Assembly (NCBI GenBank): GCA_028715115.1 | Contig: JAQUSN010000001.1 | Coordinates: forward strand, 3,314-67,313 | Length of the DNA stretch: 64,000 nt | Reading direction: 5' to 3' | Source of the DNA: Patescibacteria group bacterium | GTDB lineage: Bacteria > Patescibacteriota > Patescibacteriia > UBA2591 > UBA4787 | Part shown: one piece after another, positions 1 to 9,900 of the stretch | Position numbering within the stretch: the stretch's first letter is position 1 | Layout of the letters: each line of letters starts with the position of its first letter | Position numbers and translations under genes: made by a program | The notes under the pieces: model-generated | Told to the model about the DNA's origin: nothing | Databases searched by the model: none | Seen by the model: only the letters and a program-made list of their open reading frames with translations

Positions 1-217
1 CAACCTGGGTTTGCGGGCGAAGCGGACTAACAACTCTAATCTTCTCTAATTTATTTTTAGGAGTTTTTATAGCCAGTGTTTCTTGAGCGGCAAACTCTCC
101 AGGCTGCGAAAGATCTCTTAATTTATTCAATTTATAGTTCACGCCAAATAGTTTTTCCAGGTCATGCTGTGACAAATGAACGTGCCGGGCGGAACTTTCA
201 ATAATAATTTTGGTCAT
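1..217 (-). CDS. PduL-like phosphate acyltransferase, N-terminal fragment (gene continues past window start)
   Basis: Minus-strand translation from the ATG at 215-217 gives MTKIIIESSARHVHLSQHDLEKLFG...SQPGEFAAQETLAIKTP...VRVVSPLRPQTQV. This matches the PduL N-terminal signature. It is truncated by the window edge and so is absent from the ORF track. Confidence 0.5.
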   Translation of the reverse strand, partial: MTKIIIESSARHVHLSQHDLEKLFGVNYKLNKLRDLSQPGEFAAQETLAIKTPKNKLEKIRVVSPLRPQTQV

Positions 218-221
218 TTTG

Positions 222-2642
222 TTAAAAATTTCTTAATTTAGCATTAAATTTATCAAATAATAATTTTACCAAATCATTAATAACCTTATCTATTTCCTGT
301 GAATTTAATGTTCTTTCAAATGATTGAAAAGTTAAATGAAAGGCGACATTAAGCACGTCAGCGCCTAATTTGTCTGACTCAAAAACATCAAATGCTTCTA
401 CTCCAGAAATTAAGGGATGAAAGTCCTTGATTGTTTTTAATAAGTCAGCTAAAACCGTCGACCTAGCCACAATAAAAGACAAATCTCTTAAAATCGGAGG
501 GTAATTGGAAATAGTTTTAAACATTGGCGTGGGCCTTTCGATTACCTTGAGGTTTTCTATATTAATTTCAAATAAACCAGCGCCGGAATTTATCTTTAAT
601 GAGTTTTTTAGAGCATCATCTAATTCTCCTGTGACGCCAATCAATTTTTTATCAACAAAAATGCCGATTATATTTTTAAGATATTGATACTGATGATTCT
701 TGCCAACTTGAAAAGAGATTCGTTCCGTACCAAAACCGGCTTTCGACAAAACCGTTTCGATTATTGATTTAATCGAATAAAATAATTTTTTATTCTTTTC
801 GATGATAATGCCCGAGCAATATTTTTCTTCTTTTACCAGCATTTCCTGATCCGGTTGATAGATTTTACCAACCTCAAAAATCCTAAACTGACCAAAAATT
901 GGAATATTCTTTAGGGCATTCTCCAATAAATAAGGAATTAAACTTATTCTTAAATATTTCAATTGCGGACTTAAGGGGTTGGCTAGGGACAAATGATCCT
1001 CGATCTTCAGCTTTAGCTGATTAATTAATCTATCTCCGTAAAATGAATAATTATAAGTCTCATCAAAACCACTGGCAACTAGGGTTAATTTAATATTTTG
1101 CTCAAGTTTAAAATCGTCATTATAAGAAACCGGCGTAATTTGACCCGTTAGCGGTTGCGGCATCAAATCGTCTAAACCATAAATACGCACAATATCTTCT
1201 ATTAGGTCTTCCGGCTGCTCCACGTCAGGCCTATACAAAGGAACGCTTACTGATATTTTTTTCTGGCTTATTTTTTTCACCCCAAAACCCAATGACTTTA
1301 AAATGCTTATTATTTTAGTTAAATTAATCGGAGCGCCAACTAAATCATGGACTCTTTTTACGTCTAAGGCGATGATTTTTTTGTTTTTTATTAAATTACT
1401 AATCTTAACACTCCGTAAATCATAAATCTGGCTGACTATCTTCCCGCCGGCTAATTCTTCTATTAATTCAACGGCTCTGGCGAGTCCTTGCTCGGAAAAA
1501 GTTACAGGTAAACCTTTTTCAAAACGCAAAACCGCCTCGGTTCGCAAGCCGGTTCGCCAAGAAGTACGACGAATAGCGGCTGGTTCAAAAAGCGCCGATT
1601 CGATTATGACAGTCTTGGTCTTGCTATCAATAGCTGAGTACTGGCCGCCGATAATGCCGGCCAAGGCTATTGGACCGCGGTTATCAGCAATAACCAAGTC
1701 GCCTTCCTGGCATTCGTAGGTTTTGGCATCAAGCGCTAAAATACGTTCGCTTTTTTTAGCCAAACGAACAAAAATATTTTTATTTTTTTCTGACGATACC
1801 TTGTCTAGCTTATCAAAATCAAAAGCATGAAGCGGCTGACCTCTTTCTAGTAAAACATAATTAGTAATGTCTACGACATTATTGATCGGTTTAATGCCCA
1901 AATTTCTCAATCTATTTTGAAGCCAAAGCGGCGAAGGGCCAATCTTAATAGAATCCATAATCACCGCCATATAGCGTGGACAGAGTTTATCGTTGCTAAT
2001 TTTAATGTTAACTTTTAGTAAACCGCTTTTTGTTTTTGGTAGTTTAAGCGGTATTTCTTTTATTTGCTGTCCTTTGATGGCTGCGATTTCTTTGGCAAAA
2101 CCTTCAACCGAGAATAAGTCAGGCCGATGAGTTAATGATTTATTTTCCACGTCTAAAATAGTATCGTCAAGCTCTAAAAGTTTAGTAATTGGTTCGCCGA
2201 CCCTTGATTTTTCGGGCAAAACTAAAATGCCGGTATGATCATCGCCCAAACATAATTCATCTTCGGCGCAAAGCATACCGATCGATTTTACACCCCTAAT
2301 AACAGCCTCTTTTATCTCCGCACCATTAGGCAATCGCGCACCGGGCAAGGCTAACGGAACTATCTGACCGGACTTGATATTAGGCGCGCCGCAAACAATT
2401 TCTAAGCGCTGATCTTGCCTGGTTTTTTTGTCGGGGAAAATAATGGTCGCGATTTTTAATTTATCTGCGTTAGGGTGCGGCTTAACTTCAACAATTTTGA
2501 CGGCAATAATCCGATCTAAATTTTTATTCAAAGATACCGTGCCCTCAACCTGCGCTACGCGCGTAGTCAAAAGTTTAGCCAAATTTTCTGGCGATTCGTT
2601 GAATTTTACTAACTTCTTGAGCCACTGATAAGATAATTTCAT
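222..2642 (-). CDS. pheT: phenylalanine--tRNA ligase beta subunit
   Basis: 806-aa product beginning MKLSYQWLKKLV (internal Met of the 826-aa ORF). PheT-like throughout, with B3/4 and FDX-ACB-like regions. Confidence 0.9.
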   Translation of the reverse strand: MKLSYQWLKKLVKFNESPENLAKLLTTRVAQVEGTVSLNKNLDRIIAVKIVEVKPHPNADKLKIATIIFPDKKTRQDQRLEIVCGAPNIKSGQIVPLALPGARLPNGAEIKEAVIRGVKSIGMLCAEDELCLGDDHTGILVLPEKSRVGEPITKLLELDDTILDVENKSLTHRPDLFSVEGFAKEIAAIKGQQIKEIPLKLPKTKSGLLKVNIKISNDKLCPRYMAVIMDSIKIGPSPLWLQNRLRNLGIKPINNVVDITNYVLLERGQPLHAFDFDKLDKVSSEKNKNIFVRLAKKSERILALDAKTYECQEGDLVIADNRGPIALAGIIGGQYSAIDSKTKTVIIESALFEPAAIRRTSWRTGLRTEAVLRFEKGLPVTFSEQGLARAVELIEELAGGKIVSQIYDLRSVKISNLIKNKKIIALDVKRVHDLVGAPINLTKIISILKSLGFGVKKISQKKISVSVPLYRPDVEQPEDLIEDIVRIYGLDDLMPQPLTGQITPVSYNDDFKLEQNIKLTLVASGFDETYNYSFYGDRLINQLKLKIEDHLSLANPLSPQLKYLRISLIPYLLENALKNIPIFGQFRIFEVGKIYQPDQEMLVKEEKYCSGIIIEKNKKLFYSIKSIIETVLSKAGFGTERISFQVGKNHQYQYLKNIIGIFVDKKLIGVTGELDDALKNSLKINSGAGLFEINIENLKVIERPTPMFKTISNYPPILRDLSFIVARSTVLADLLKTIKDFHPLISGVEAFDVFESDKLGADVLNVAFHLTFQSFERTLNSQEIDKVINDLVKLLFDKFNAKLRNF

Positions 2643-2689
2643 GCCAAAATTATTAAAAAATTTAGAGTGGAGCGAATAAATTTTTTGCC

Positions 2690-2850
2690 TGCCTGCCGGC
2701 AACTAAAATTTTGCCTGCCCGCCATAAGCCAGTCGAAATATTTTTGCCGTTTATTATTAGCAAGGTATGTCTAAATTTTATTTGCTATAACATCTGACAG
2801 GCGATGGCAGGCGGGTGCATCCCGTGAGTCCGACTATAGTCGGACTTTTA
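2690..2850 (-). promoter_or_regulatory. pheT leader containing a GC-rich inverted-repeat pair bracketing a 77-nt AT-rich segment, plus the 18-bp palindrome GTCCGACTATAGTCGGAC
   Basis: gcctgcccgccataagcc at 2713-2730 and ggcgatggcaggcggg at 2800-2815 can pair as a long-range stem with a 2-nt bulge. Palindrome at 2828-2845. Confidence 0.3.
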
Positions 2851-2921
2851 CGGGATAACCAAAAATTTATTACTAAAATTTTAGATTCGCCATCTGGCGA
2901 AGACAAAGAGAGATAACCCAA

Positions 2922-5348
2922 TCAACAATTATTATTATTATTGTGACTAGAATTAATATTGTTAACTGGTTTTTCTTTTTCGATTAACCTAACCCTCGCT
3001 TTAGCCACGTCTGACTTAGAAGGATCGTTAATTGAAGTGACCTGGATTGGGAATTCGTAAAATCTATTTTCTATAGCCTCTTCATTTTTGACGGAAATTT
3101 CTAATCTAACTTCTTTGGTTAAACCGCTGGCCAAGTTGCCGCTTTCCCAACCGGTTCCCAAAATTTGTGAAGTAATTTCATTTCCATCTTCTAGAATATT
3201 GAAAAATCTAATATTCCAATTTTTATCCGGATAAGCCTGAACTAAGAATTTATCCACGCCTCGCCCGTCGTTTTGAACTTTCAGGTGGAAAACCGCAGTT
3301 TGTTCAGCAGCAATTTCTTGTTCTTTGCTTTGACCTAGGCCATCTAAATTATAAATTGTATCTCCCAAGTATCGATCATCTGTTTCGTCGCCATTTTTAA
3401 TCTGCGCATCCGGTTGATAGGCTAGAATCTCTTGCTTGTAGAAAGCATCTTTCAGCTTCCAAATTAAAGCCACCAAGATGATAAAACCTATTAAGCCTAA
3501 AACCCAATATAAAACAATCAGCCACGCCGGCGTCTTTAATCCTAATAAAATATCTATTTTATTACCATCTTTACTTAAAGTAAAAATTGGAGACGCGTAT
3601 GGATTGAAATTCTCTTGATTAACTTTCAACCGATATGATCCGGCAGGTAGCATGAATTCATCATATACCCCGTTCTCGTCGGTTATGGTTGAAGCCATAA
3701 ATTGGCAACAGCCCTCGCCACATCGATATAAGTTAACCGTCACATTAGCCATAGGCTCATGATTTTTTTTCTTATAAACATGTCCGTATGGACTGACGAA
3801 AAATTGATTTTCCTGAAAAACCTTGCCATTGCCGATGGTTTGCAAATTATAACCACCAGGCTGAATTATCAAATCTTTATTGATTTGGAAAGTCAGCATG
3901 CCGTCTTTATTGGCCTGATAATTAAAAGGACTTTTATTGTCGGTGGCATTAATTAAATTAAAATTAATAGTTTGCTCTGGTAAAATAGTTCCAATAATGC
4001 TTTTCACCGGACCAGCAATAACAAAGTGGTCAGATTTTAATCCCGGCAAAATAAGTTTTGTATTTTCAACTATTGCTCCATCCCACAGCCCATCACCGTC
4101 AGTATCTTTTTCTTTAGGATTAGTCCCTAAAGTACACTCTTCCTTATTAATCACAAAGTCACCATCTAAGTCTAATTGAGCGTCACTTGGATCCTTTGGA
4201 TTAAGTCCATATTTAACCTCGCAAAGATCAGACATACCATCTTTGTCTAAGTCTGTATCAATATTTACTCTAACCTTAGCTGCATCTATCTTATTAACCG
4301 GATCATTGAGAGAATGGGTGGCAATACCAAATTCAGCGAAATCACCGGTCTGGACTGATTCGGGCACGCTAATTTCCATCTTAAATTCTAAGTTTTTATT
4401 GGGCTGTAAGCCGAATCGATAACCATTTAACATTTGCAGACTAATGTTGTCCCATTTATCACTATTTTTAACAAAATAACTAACCTGCCAATCCTTGGTT
4501 TCACTGCCCGCTTTAAGCACAAACGTATCAGCTTGGCTGCCGACATTAGTCACTCCCAGGTTAACGACCGCCGGATTAAAGGCGGCACTAGAAACTATGA
4601 TTTTAGATTGGATAACCACTGCGTCTGGTTTTTCATAAACTCCCAATCCGATATAATTTTGCTCGCCTGCTGTCTTAATTTCTAAATCAGGCTGTTGAGC
4701 AGTTGTCGGCGTAGTTGAACCGCCTCCACCGCCTTGGTTACCACCGCCAGGCTGACCCGGCTGACCAGGAGTAACACCACCGCCTTGGTTACCACCGCCG
4801 GCATTAGCACTATTGAAGCGTATGGTAATGACACCCCTAACTAAATCTTGATTACCGCTGGTAGCTGAACGAGCTCGAACGAAAAAGACGCTTTCCTGGC
4901 CGTAAAAAACATTTTCCGTCGGCGTCACATACATAAAAAATTCTTCCTGGCGATTATGCGGCAAAGAAGCCGTGCTCCAACCGCTTCCGGTGATGTTGCC
5001 GGTAATATCTCGGCCTGTAACGTCCTTATAAAGTATAGTCCAATAGCTATCAGTTGATGAACCAGTAATCACAAATTTATCTACTGGGTCACCGTCATTT
5101 TCTACTCTCAGACGATAACCAACCTGTTTATGCGCATCAATAATCTGATAAATAGTTTGATTAAAAGCAGTGTTGTTATAAATCCCACCGCCAGCATAAT
5201 TAGCCGTAGTGTCATAGCCGATCATTAAATCAGGCTGATAGTCCGGCGCCTGAGCTTTAACCACCGAAGAATCAAATGTTGGCAATAAAACAAAACTTAC
5301 TAAAATCAAACCGACTAAAAACATTTTTCTGATCGATGTTTTATTCAT
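2922..5348 (-). CDS. secreted/surface protein with signal peptide, Gly-rich low-complexity region, thrombospondin-type-3-like Ca-binding repeats, a CarbopepD_reg-like Cys-containing domain, a C-terminal TM helix and a poly-Asn tail
   Basis: 808-aa ORF. N-terminal hydrophobic signal. Repeated DxDxDG motifs (DTDLDKDGMSD, DLDGDFV, DTDGDGLWDG). TM segment AWLIVLYWVLGLIGFIILVALIW. Confidence 0.7.
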   Translation of the reverse strand: MNKTSIRKMFLVGLILVSFVLLPTFDSSVVKAQAPDYQPDLMIGYDTTANYAGGGIYNNTAFNQTIYQIIDAHKQVGYRLRVENDGDPVDKFVITGSSTDSYWTILYKDVTGRDITGNITGSGWSTASLPHNRQEEFFMYVTPTENVFYGQESVFFVRARSATSGNQDLVRGVITIRFNSANAGGGNQGGGVTPGQPGQPGGGNQGGGGGSTTPTTAQQPDLEIKTAGEQNYIGLGVYEKPDAVVIQSKIIVSSAAFNPAVVNLGVTNVGSQADTFVLKAGSETKDWQVSYFVKNSDKWDNISLQMLNGYRFGLQPNKNLEFKMEISVPESVQTGDFAEFGIATHSLNDPVNKIDAAKVRVNIDTDLDKDGMSDLCEVKYGLNPKDPSDAQLDLDGDFVINKEECTLGTNPKEKDTDGDGLWDGAIVENTKLILPGLKSDHFVIAGPVKSIIGTILPEQTINFNLINATDNKSPFNYQANKDGMLTFQINKDLIIQPGGYNLQTIGNGKVFQENQFFVSPYGHVYKKKNHEPMANVTVNLYRCGEGCCQFMASTITDENGVYDEFMLPAGSYRLKVNQENFNPYASPIFTLSKDGNKIDILLGLKTPAWLIVLYWVLGLIGFIILVALIWKLKDAFYKQEILAYQPDAQIKNGDETDDRYLGDTIYNLDGLGQSKEQEIAAEQTAVFHLKVQNDGRGVDKFLVQAYPDKNWNIRFFNILEDGNEITSQILGTGWESGNLASGLTKEVRLEISVKNEEAIENRFYEFPIQVTSINDPSKSDVAKARVRLIEKEKPVNNINSSHNNNNNC

Positions 5349-5375
5349 AATCCTTTAAATATATAATTTAAATAT

Positions 5376-6431
5376 TTAAAATTGTCTTAAAAACCTTAAA
5401 TCACCGCCATTAAACCATCTAATGTCATCAACTTTATGACGCATCATCACCAACCGATCTAAACCGATGCCAAAAGCAAAACCAGTATATTGAGGCTGGA
5501 CCTGCCTGCCGGCAGGCAGGTAGCCAGCAGCACGCAAAACATTGGGATGAATCATGCCACAACCGAGCATTTCGACCCAACCGCTTTGACCGCAAACAGG
5601 ACAACCCTGGCCACCACATCTAAGACAAGAAAAATCTAATTCAAAACTTGGTTCAGTAAAAGGAAAATAGCTTGGTCTAAGCCTAACTTCGACGTCGCGA
5701 CCAAATAAATAATGCAAAAAAGTCTTTAAAGTATGAAGTAGGTTAGCTACGGAAACGTTTTTATCAACCACAAATCCTTCAATTTGGTATAAACTATGTT
5801 CGTGTCTAGCATCCGTCGCTTCGTGACGATAGCATTTGCCGATAACGCAAACCTTGAGTGGCGGTTTTTGTTTCTCCATTACCCTAACCTGCATCGCCGA
5901 AGTATGCGCCCTTAAAAGCAATCTGCCATTTTTTGATGGTTGATGATTGAGCCAAAATGTATCCCACATGTCGCGCGCCGGATGATTAGCGGGAATATTT
6001 AAAACATCAAAATGATAATGTTCGTTCTCGACCTCTGGCCCCTCTAGCACCTGCCAACCCATGGAGTGAAAAATGTCAGCTACTCGCATCTTCATTTGCG
6101 TGTGTGGGTGTAAATGACCGAGCTTAATCGTCTGATCAGTTAAATTTAAATTCAAGTCCGGCAAATCGTCGACTTGTCGAGAATCAGCCACTGATAAATC
6201 ATTTTTTCTATTATTTATAGTTGACTCTAAAATATTTTTTACCTCATTGATAAGTCGTCCCATTTCTGCCTTCTCTTGTGGAGTCATATCTTTTATCTTT
6301 ATGCTAAAATTCCGCAATTGCCCGTTGCGTCCTAAATATTTGCGCCACAATTCTTCTAATGAATTAAAGCCGCCCGCCGTTCTAATTTCTTGCAGCGCTG
6401 AATTTTTTAAATTTTCCAAAGACTCTTTCAT
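5376..6431 (-). CDS. pheS: phenylalanine--tRNA ligase alpha subunit
   Basis: 351 aa with class II aaRS motifs (FTEPSFELDF, GCGMIHPNVL, GFAFGIGLDR). Confidence 0.9.
   Translation of the reverse strand: MKESLENLKNSALQEIRTAGGFNSLEELWRKYLGRNGQLRNFSIKIKDMTPQEKAEMGRLINEVKNILESTINNRKNDLSVADSRQVDDLPDLNLNLTDQTIKLGHLHPHTQMKMRVADIFHSMGWQVLEGPEVENEHYHFDVLNIPANHPARDMWDTFWLNHQPSKNGRLLLRAHTSAMQVRVMEKQKPPLKVCVIGKCYRHEATDARHEHSLYQIEGFVVDKNVSVANLLHTLKTFLHYLFGRDVEVRLRPSYFPFTEPSFELDFSCLRCGGQGCPVCGQSGWVEMLGCGMIHPNVLRAAGYLPAGRQVQPQYTGFAFGIGLDRLVMMRHKVDDIRWFNGGDLRFLRQF
5502..5521. repeat. perfect 20-nt GC-rich palindrome CCTGCCTGCCGGCAGGCAGG inserted in frame in pheS
   Basis: Encodes the extra residues (LPAGRQ) relative to the conserved PheS C-terminal alignment. 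Same GCCTGCC/GGCAGGC core as the other GC mini-elements. Confidence 0.6.
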
Positions 6432-6433
6432 GG

Positions 6434-6823
6434 TTATTCTAAATTTTTAATCGGGCGACGATTGGTTAAAATTAAAACCTCAATAATAATGACGAGCAGG
6501 GCAAACAAGGCGACATTCCACCAACGTAATAAGCGAAAACTTTGAAGCAATAAAGCAAAAATAATTATTAAAGCAATCCAAATTCCCTGACGGAAAGCAA
6601 TGCTGACTTGGGCAAAAATAGGGGTTTTGCCCAAACGAGCACGAATTAAAAATCCCACCAAGGCAGTACTGCCCAAAATCGCCAAAAATAAACTAAGATA
6701 AAATAAAACAAACCCTAATATGCCGGCGTTTTGCGGGTTGACCAGGAAGATCGATAAAACCCAAACGCCCCAACAAATTAAGGTGCAAATAAACATTAAA
6801 TTGAGATATTGTTTTAACGTCAT
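6434..6823 (-). CDS. small integral membrane protein (4 predicted TM), unknown function
   Basis: 129-aa hydrophobic ORF immediately upstream of pheS on the same strand. Confidence 0.5.
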   Translation of the reverse strand: MTLKQYLNLMFICTLICWGVWVLSIFLVNPQNAGILGFVLFYLSLFLAILGSTALVGFLIRARLGKTPIFAQVSIAFRQGIWIALIIIFALLLQSFRLLRWWNVALFALLVIIIEVLILTNRRPIKNLE

Positions 6824-6929
6824 AGATGTTAGTTATTTTAACAAAATTTAATAAAAAATCAAGCCCAGTTAGAACAACTTTACTAATGCCTTAGCCCCGC
6901 TAAGCGGGGCGTAAAGTTTAAGGGTAAGT

Positions 6930-9900
6930 CTATATTTTACGGTACTCACAAATATCCTTAAAATCGCAATACTTGCAAAGCATACTCGGCTTGGCCGGAA
7001 AATTACTGTGATGAATTTCGTCAAAAATTTTGGCGATTTTTTGTTTCATATCATCCAGCTCGCCCTCCGTCCCTAAAAAAGACAACTGGGAATTATCTTC
7101 TAAAAAAATATAAGTTAATTTTTTAATTTCTTTTTTGAACAAACCGGCCGCGGCTAATTGATAAATCAGTAATTGCTCTTTATCTTCGGCTGATAATTTT
7201 CCGTCTTTAACGGTACCGGTTTTATAATCAATAATTTCTAAACCGTCTCCCAAATCGTCTACCCGGTCAATTTTTCCCTTAATCGTGCAGTCGCCGACCT
7301 TAAAATTAAAATCTAACTCCACATATTGAACGTCTGGTTTCGAGGTGCTGAATTCCTGATAAAATTTCTTTAAACTCTTCTCTCCCTTTTGCCGATATTC
7401 TTCCCGCAACTTATCGTCCGGATACCATTCATCAATCCAGCACTCATCATAAATCTTCATTATCAAATCCTGGTTTGGCACGACAGGCTCTTCCTTTTTC
7501 GGCGTTTCAAATAATTTGCTTTGTACGACTTTCTTCTGCAATAAAACTTGCGACAAAAACTTTTGGAGCGTTAGATGCATAGTCTGGCCAAAACTAAATA
7601 CATAACGGCCGCGAACTGGAATACGCAAAATAAAACCGAATTTATATTGCAACGGGCAATTTTCAAAAGCGCGCAGTTGGCTAAAACTAATTTTGGCCGG
7701 CAAATTAAATTGAGTGATTACTTTTTTTTCTTCCTCTTTAAAAATCGGCAATTTTAAGACTTTTGTTTTTTTACCTATAGCCTCTTCTTTTATTAAACCT
7801 AATTCATATAAAAATCTTGAGGCCTTTTTCTTGCGGGCGCCACCGTAATCATCGGCTAAAGTTAAAAATAAATTATCTTTGGCGCGAGTTAGTGCCACGT
7901 AAAATAATCGCCGTTCTTCTTGTAAATGAATATCGCCTTCGGGAATTATCTCGCGAGTCAAGGCATCGGGCAATTCAACGCCTTCTTTGCGCTCTGAAGT
8001 AGGAAAACGGCGATCAACTAAATTAACTAAAAAAACCGTTTTAAATTCCAGGCCTTTAGCGCCATGAACGGTCATAATTTTTACCGTCTCCGGACCAACT
8101 TCAATAATATCAGTCGGCAACGAGCCCTCATCGCCAGCTTCAATAATAATATCGATCGTCTCAATAAAATTCTTTAATGATTTATCGGTATTGGTTAATT
8201 CGAATTCTTCTATTTTTTTGAAAAATTGGCTAACCCAGGCAACATTCTCTATATTTTCTAGGCCGCCTTTTTCAGCCTGCCGGGAAATACTTTTCAAATA
8301 ACCAGAATCTTCCAAGAAAGAATAAACTATTTTACCCGCGCCCTGCTGTCTGGCCATCTGGCTATGTTTTTCAATCCAGCCCAAAAGCTGATCAATGGCC
8401 GACGCGCCATCTTTGGAAATTTCTTGCAAAGAATGAATTGTTTTTAGTGTTTGATAAAGAGATTTTCCTTTGCGGCGCGCCGCATTTATTATGTTGACTA
8501 AGTCTTCGTTAGTTATTTTTCCGCCCGAGGCGTGAACCCTAGGCTCATCAGCCTTGGGCTGAGATCGGCCTGCCTGTCCGCTAGGCAGGCCCTGGGCCGA
8601 AAAAATCGGCGACGTTAAAATCCGATAAAGCGCTGTGCTTTCGTGATAATTAACTAATAATTTTAAATAGGCCAAAATGTCTAAAATAATCGGCTTAGAA
8701 AATAATCCGCTGTGGGCTAAAAATTGATAAGGCACATTGCGCCAACGCAAAGCCTGGCAAAATATTTCCGCCTGATTATTAGCCCGCACTAAAATGGCAA
8801 AATCGTTCCAACTGGCTTCCGGGTTTTTTTCTTTCATCTCGATAATTTTATCGACTACGGCTTTGGCCTCTTCGTCTTGAGTGGCACTTTGCAGTAAATC
8901 AATGTTTGCGCCATTACCGCGCGTAGCTTCAAGTTTTTTGCAAATTACGTTTTTGGGCAAATCGCCCACTCCGTCAAGCTGAGAAACCTGCGCCTCCAGA
9001 CGATTGGGATTATTAAGCTGAATAAAACGATAGGCCATATCTAATATCTCTTGTCTGGAACGATAATTTTTCACCAAAACAACTTCTTTGGTTTTGGGGT
9101 AATCTCTTTTAAACTGAATAACATTGTTATATGAAGCGCCACGGAATTTATAAATACTCTGGTCATCATCGGCCACTACGGTTAAATTATTCTTTGGAGC
9201 GCCTAATAATTTTAATAATTCATATTGCGACCAATTAGTATCTTGAAATTCATCAACCAAAACATATTTAAACTGTTCCCTGTATTTAGCTAAAACGTTT
9301 GGCCGATCTTTGAAAAGCTTGATCGTATAATTAATCAAATCACCAAAATCAAGCGCCGAATTTTCTAATAATAGTTGCTGGTAAGTTTGATAAGCCTCGG
9401 CGATTTCTTTGAGCCGGCCGGCTTCCTGATCTAAAAGTTTATGGCTGGTTACCGTATCCTGATCTAGGGCAATTTTCTCCGCGTAATTTAAATATTCTTC
9501 GGGTGTAATAAATTCGTCTTTAGCCCGAGAAAAATGCTTGATCAAATCTTGAATGAATTTAAACGGCGTACCGAGCGGCCGATAATAGTTTAGATTAAAA
9601 CGGCTAAAATTCTGGCGGACCAAAAGAGCCTGTTGGGCAGAATTAATGATTTTAAAATTAAGCGGGAGTCCAATTTCAATGGCGTGCTGGCGTAAAATTC
9701 TTTCGCAAAAAGAATGAAAAGTCGAAGCCCAAAGGTCAACATAACCATAAGGTAATAATTTATCAATGCGCTCTTCCATTTCTTCGGCCGCCTTATCAGT
9801 AAAAGTCAAAGCTAAAATTTCTTCGGGTTTGGCCTTTCCGGACAAAATCAGCCAGGCGATGCGCCGGGTAATAACCGTGGTTTTGCCCGTACCCGCTCCG

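Noticed and set aside
2643-2921. T-box riboswitch upstream of pheT (and likewise upstream of glyQS at 44766-45059)
   Set aside because: aaRS leaders suggested a T-box, but no T-box consensus (AAUUAGGGUGGNACCGCG) or specifier-loop architecture is present. The shared element is the GC-clamp inverted repeat instead.
6888-6906. Terminator hairpin GCCCCGCTTAGCGGGGC downstream of the helicase gene
   Set aside because: Stable stem but no U tract on either strand. Left as an unexplained GC hairpin rather than called a terminator.
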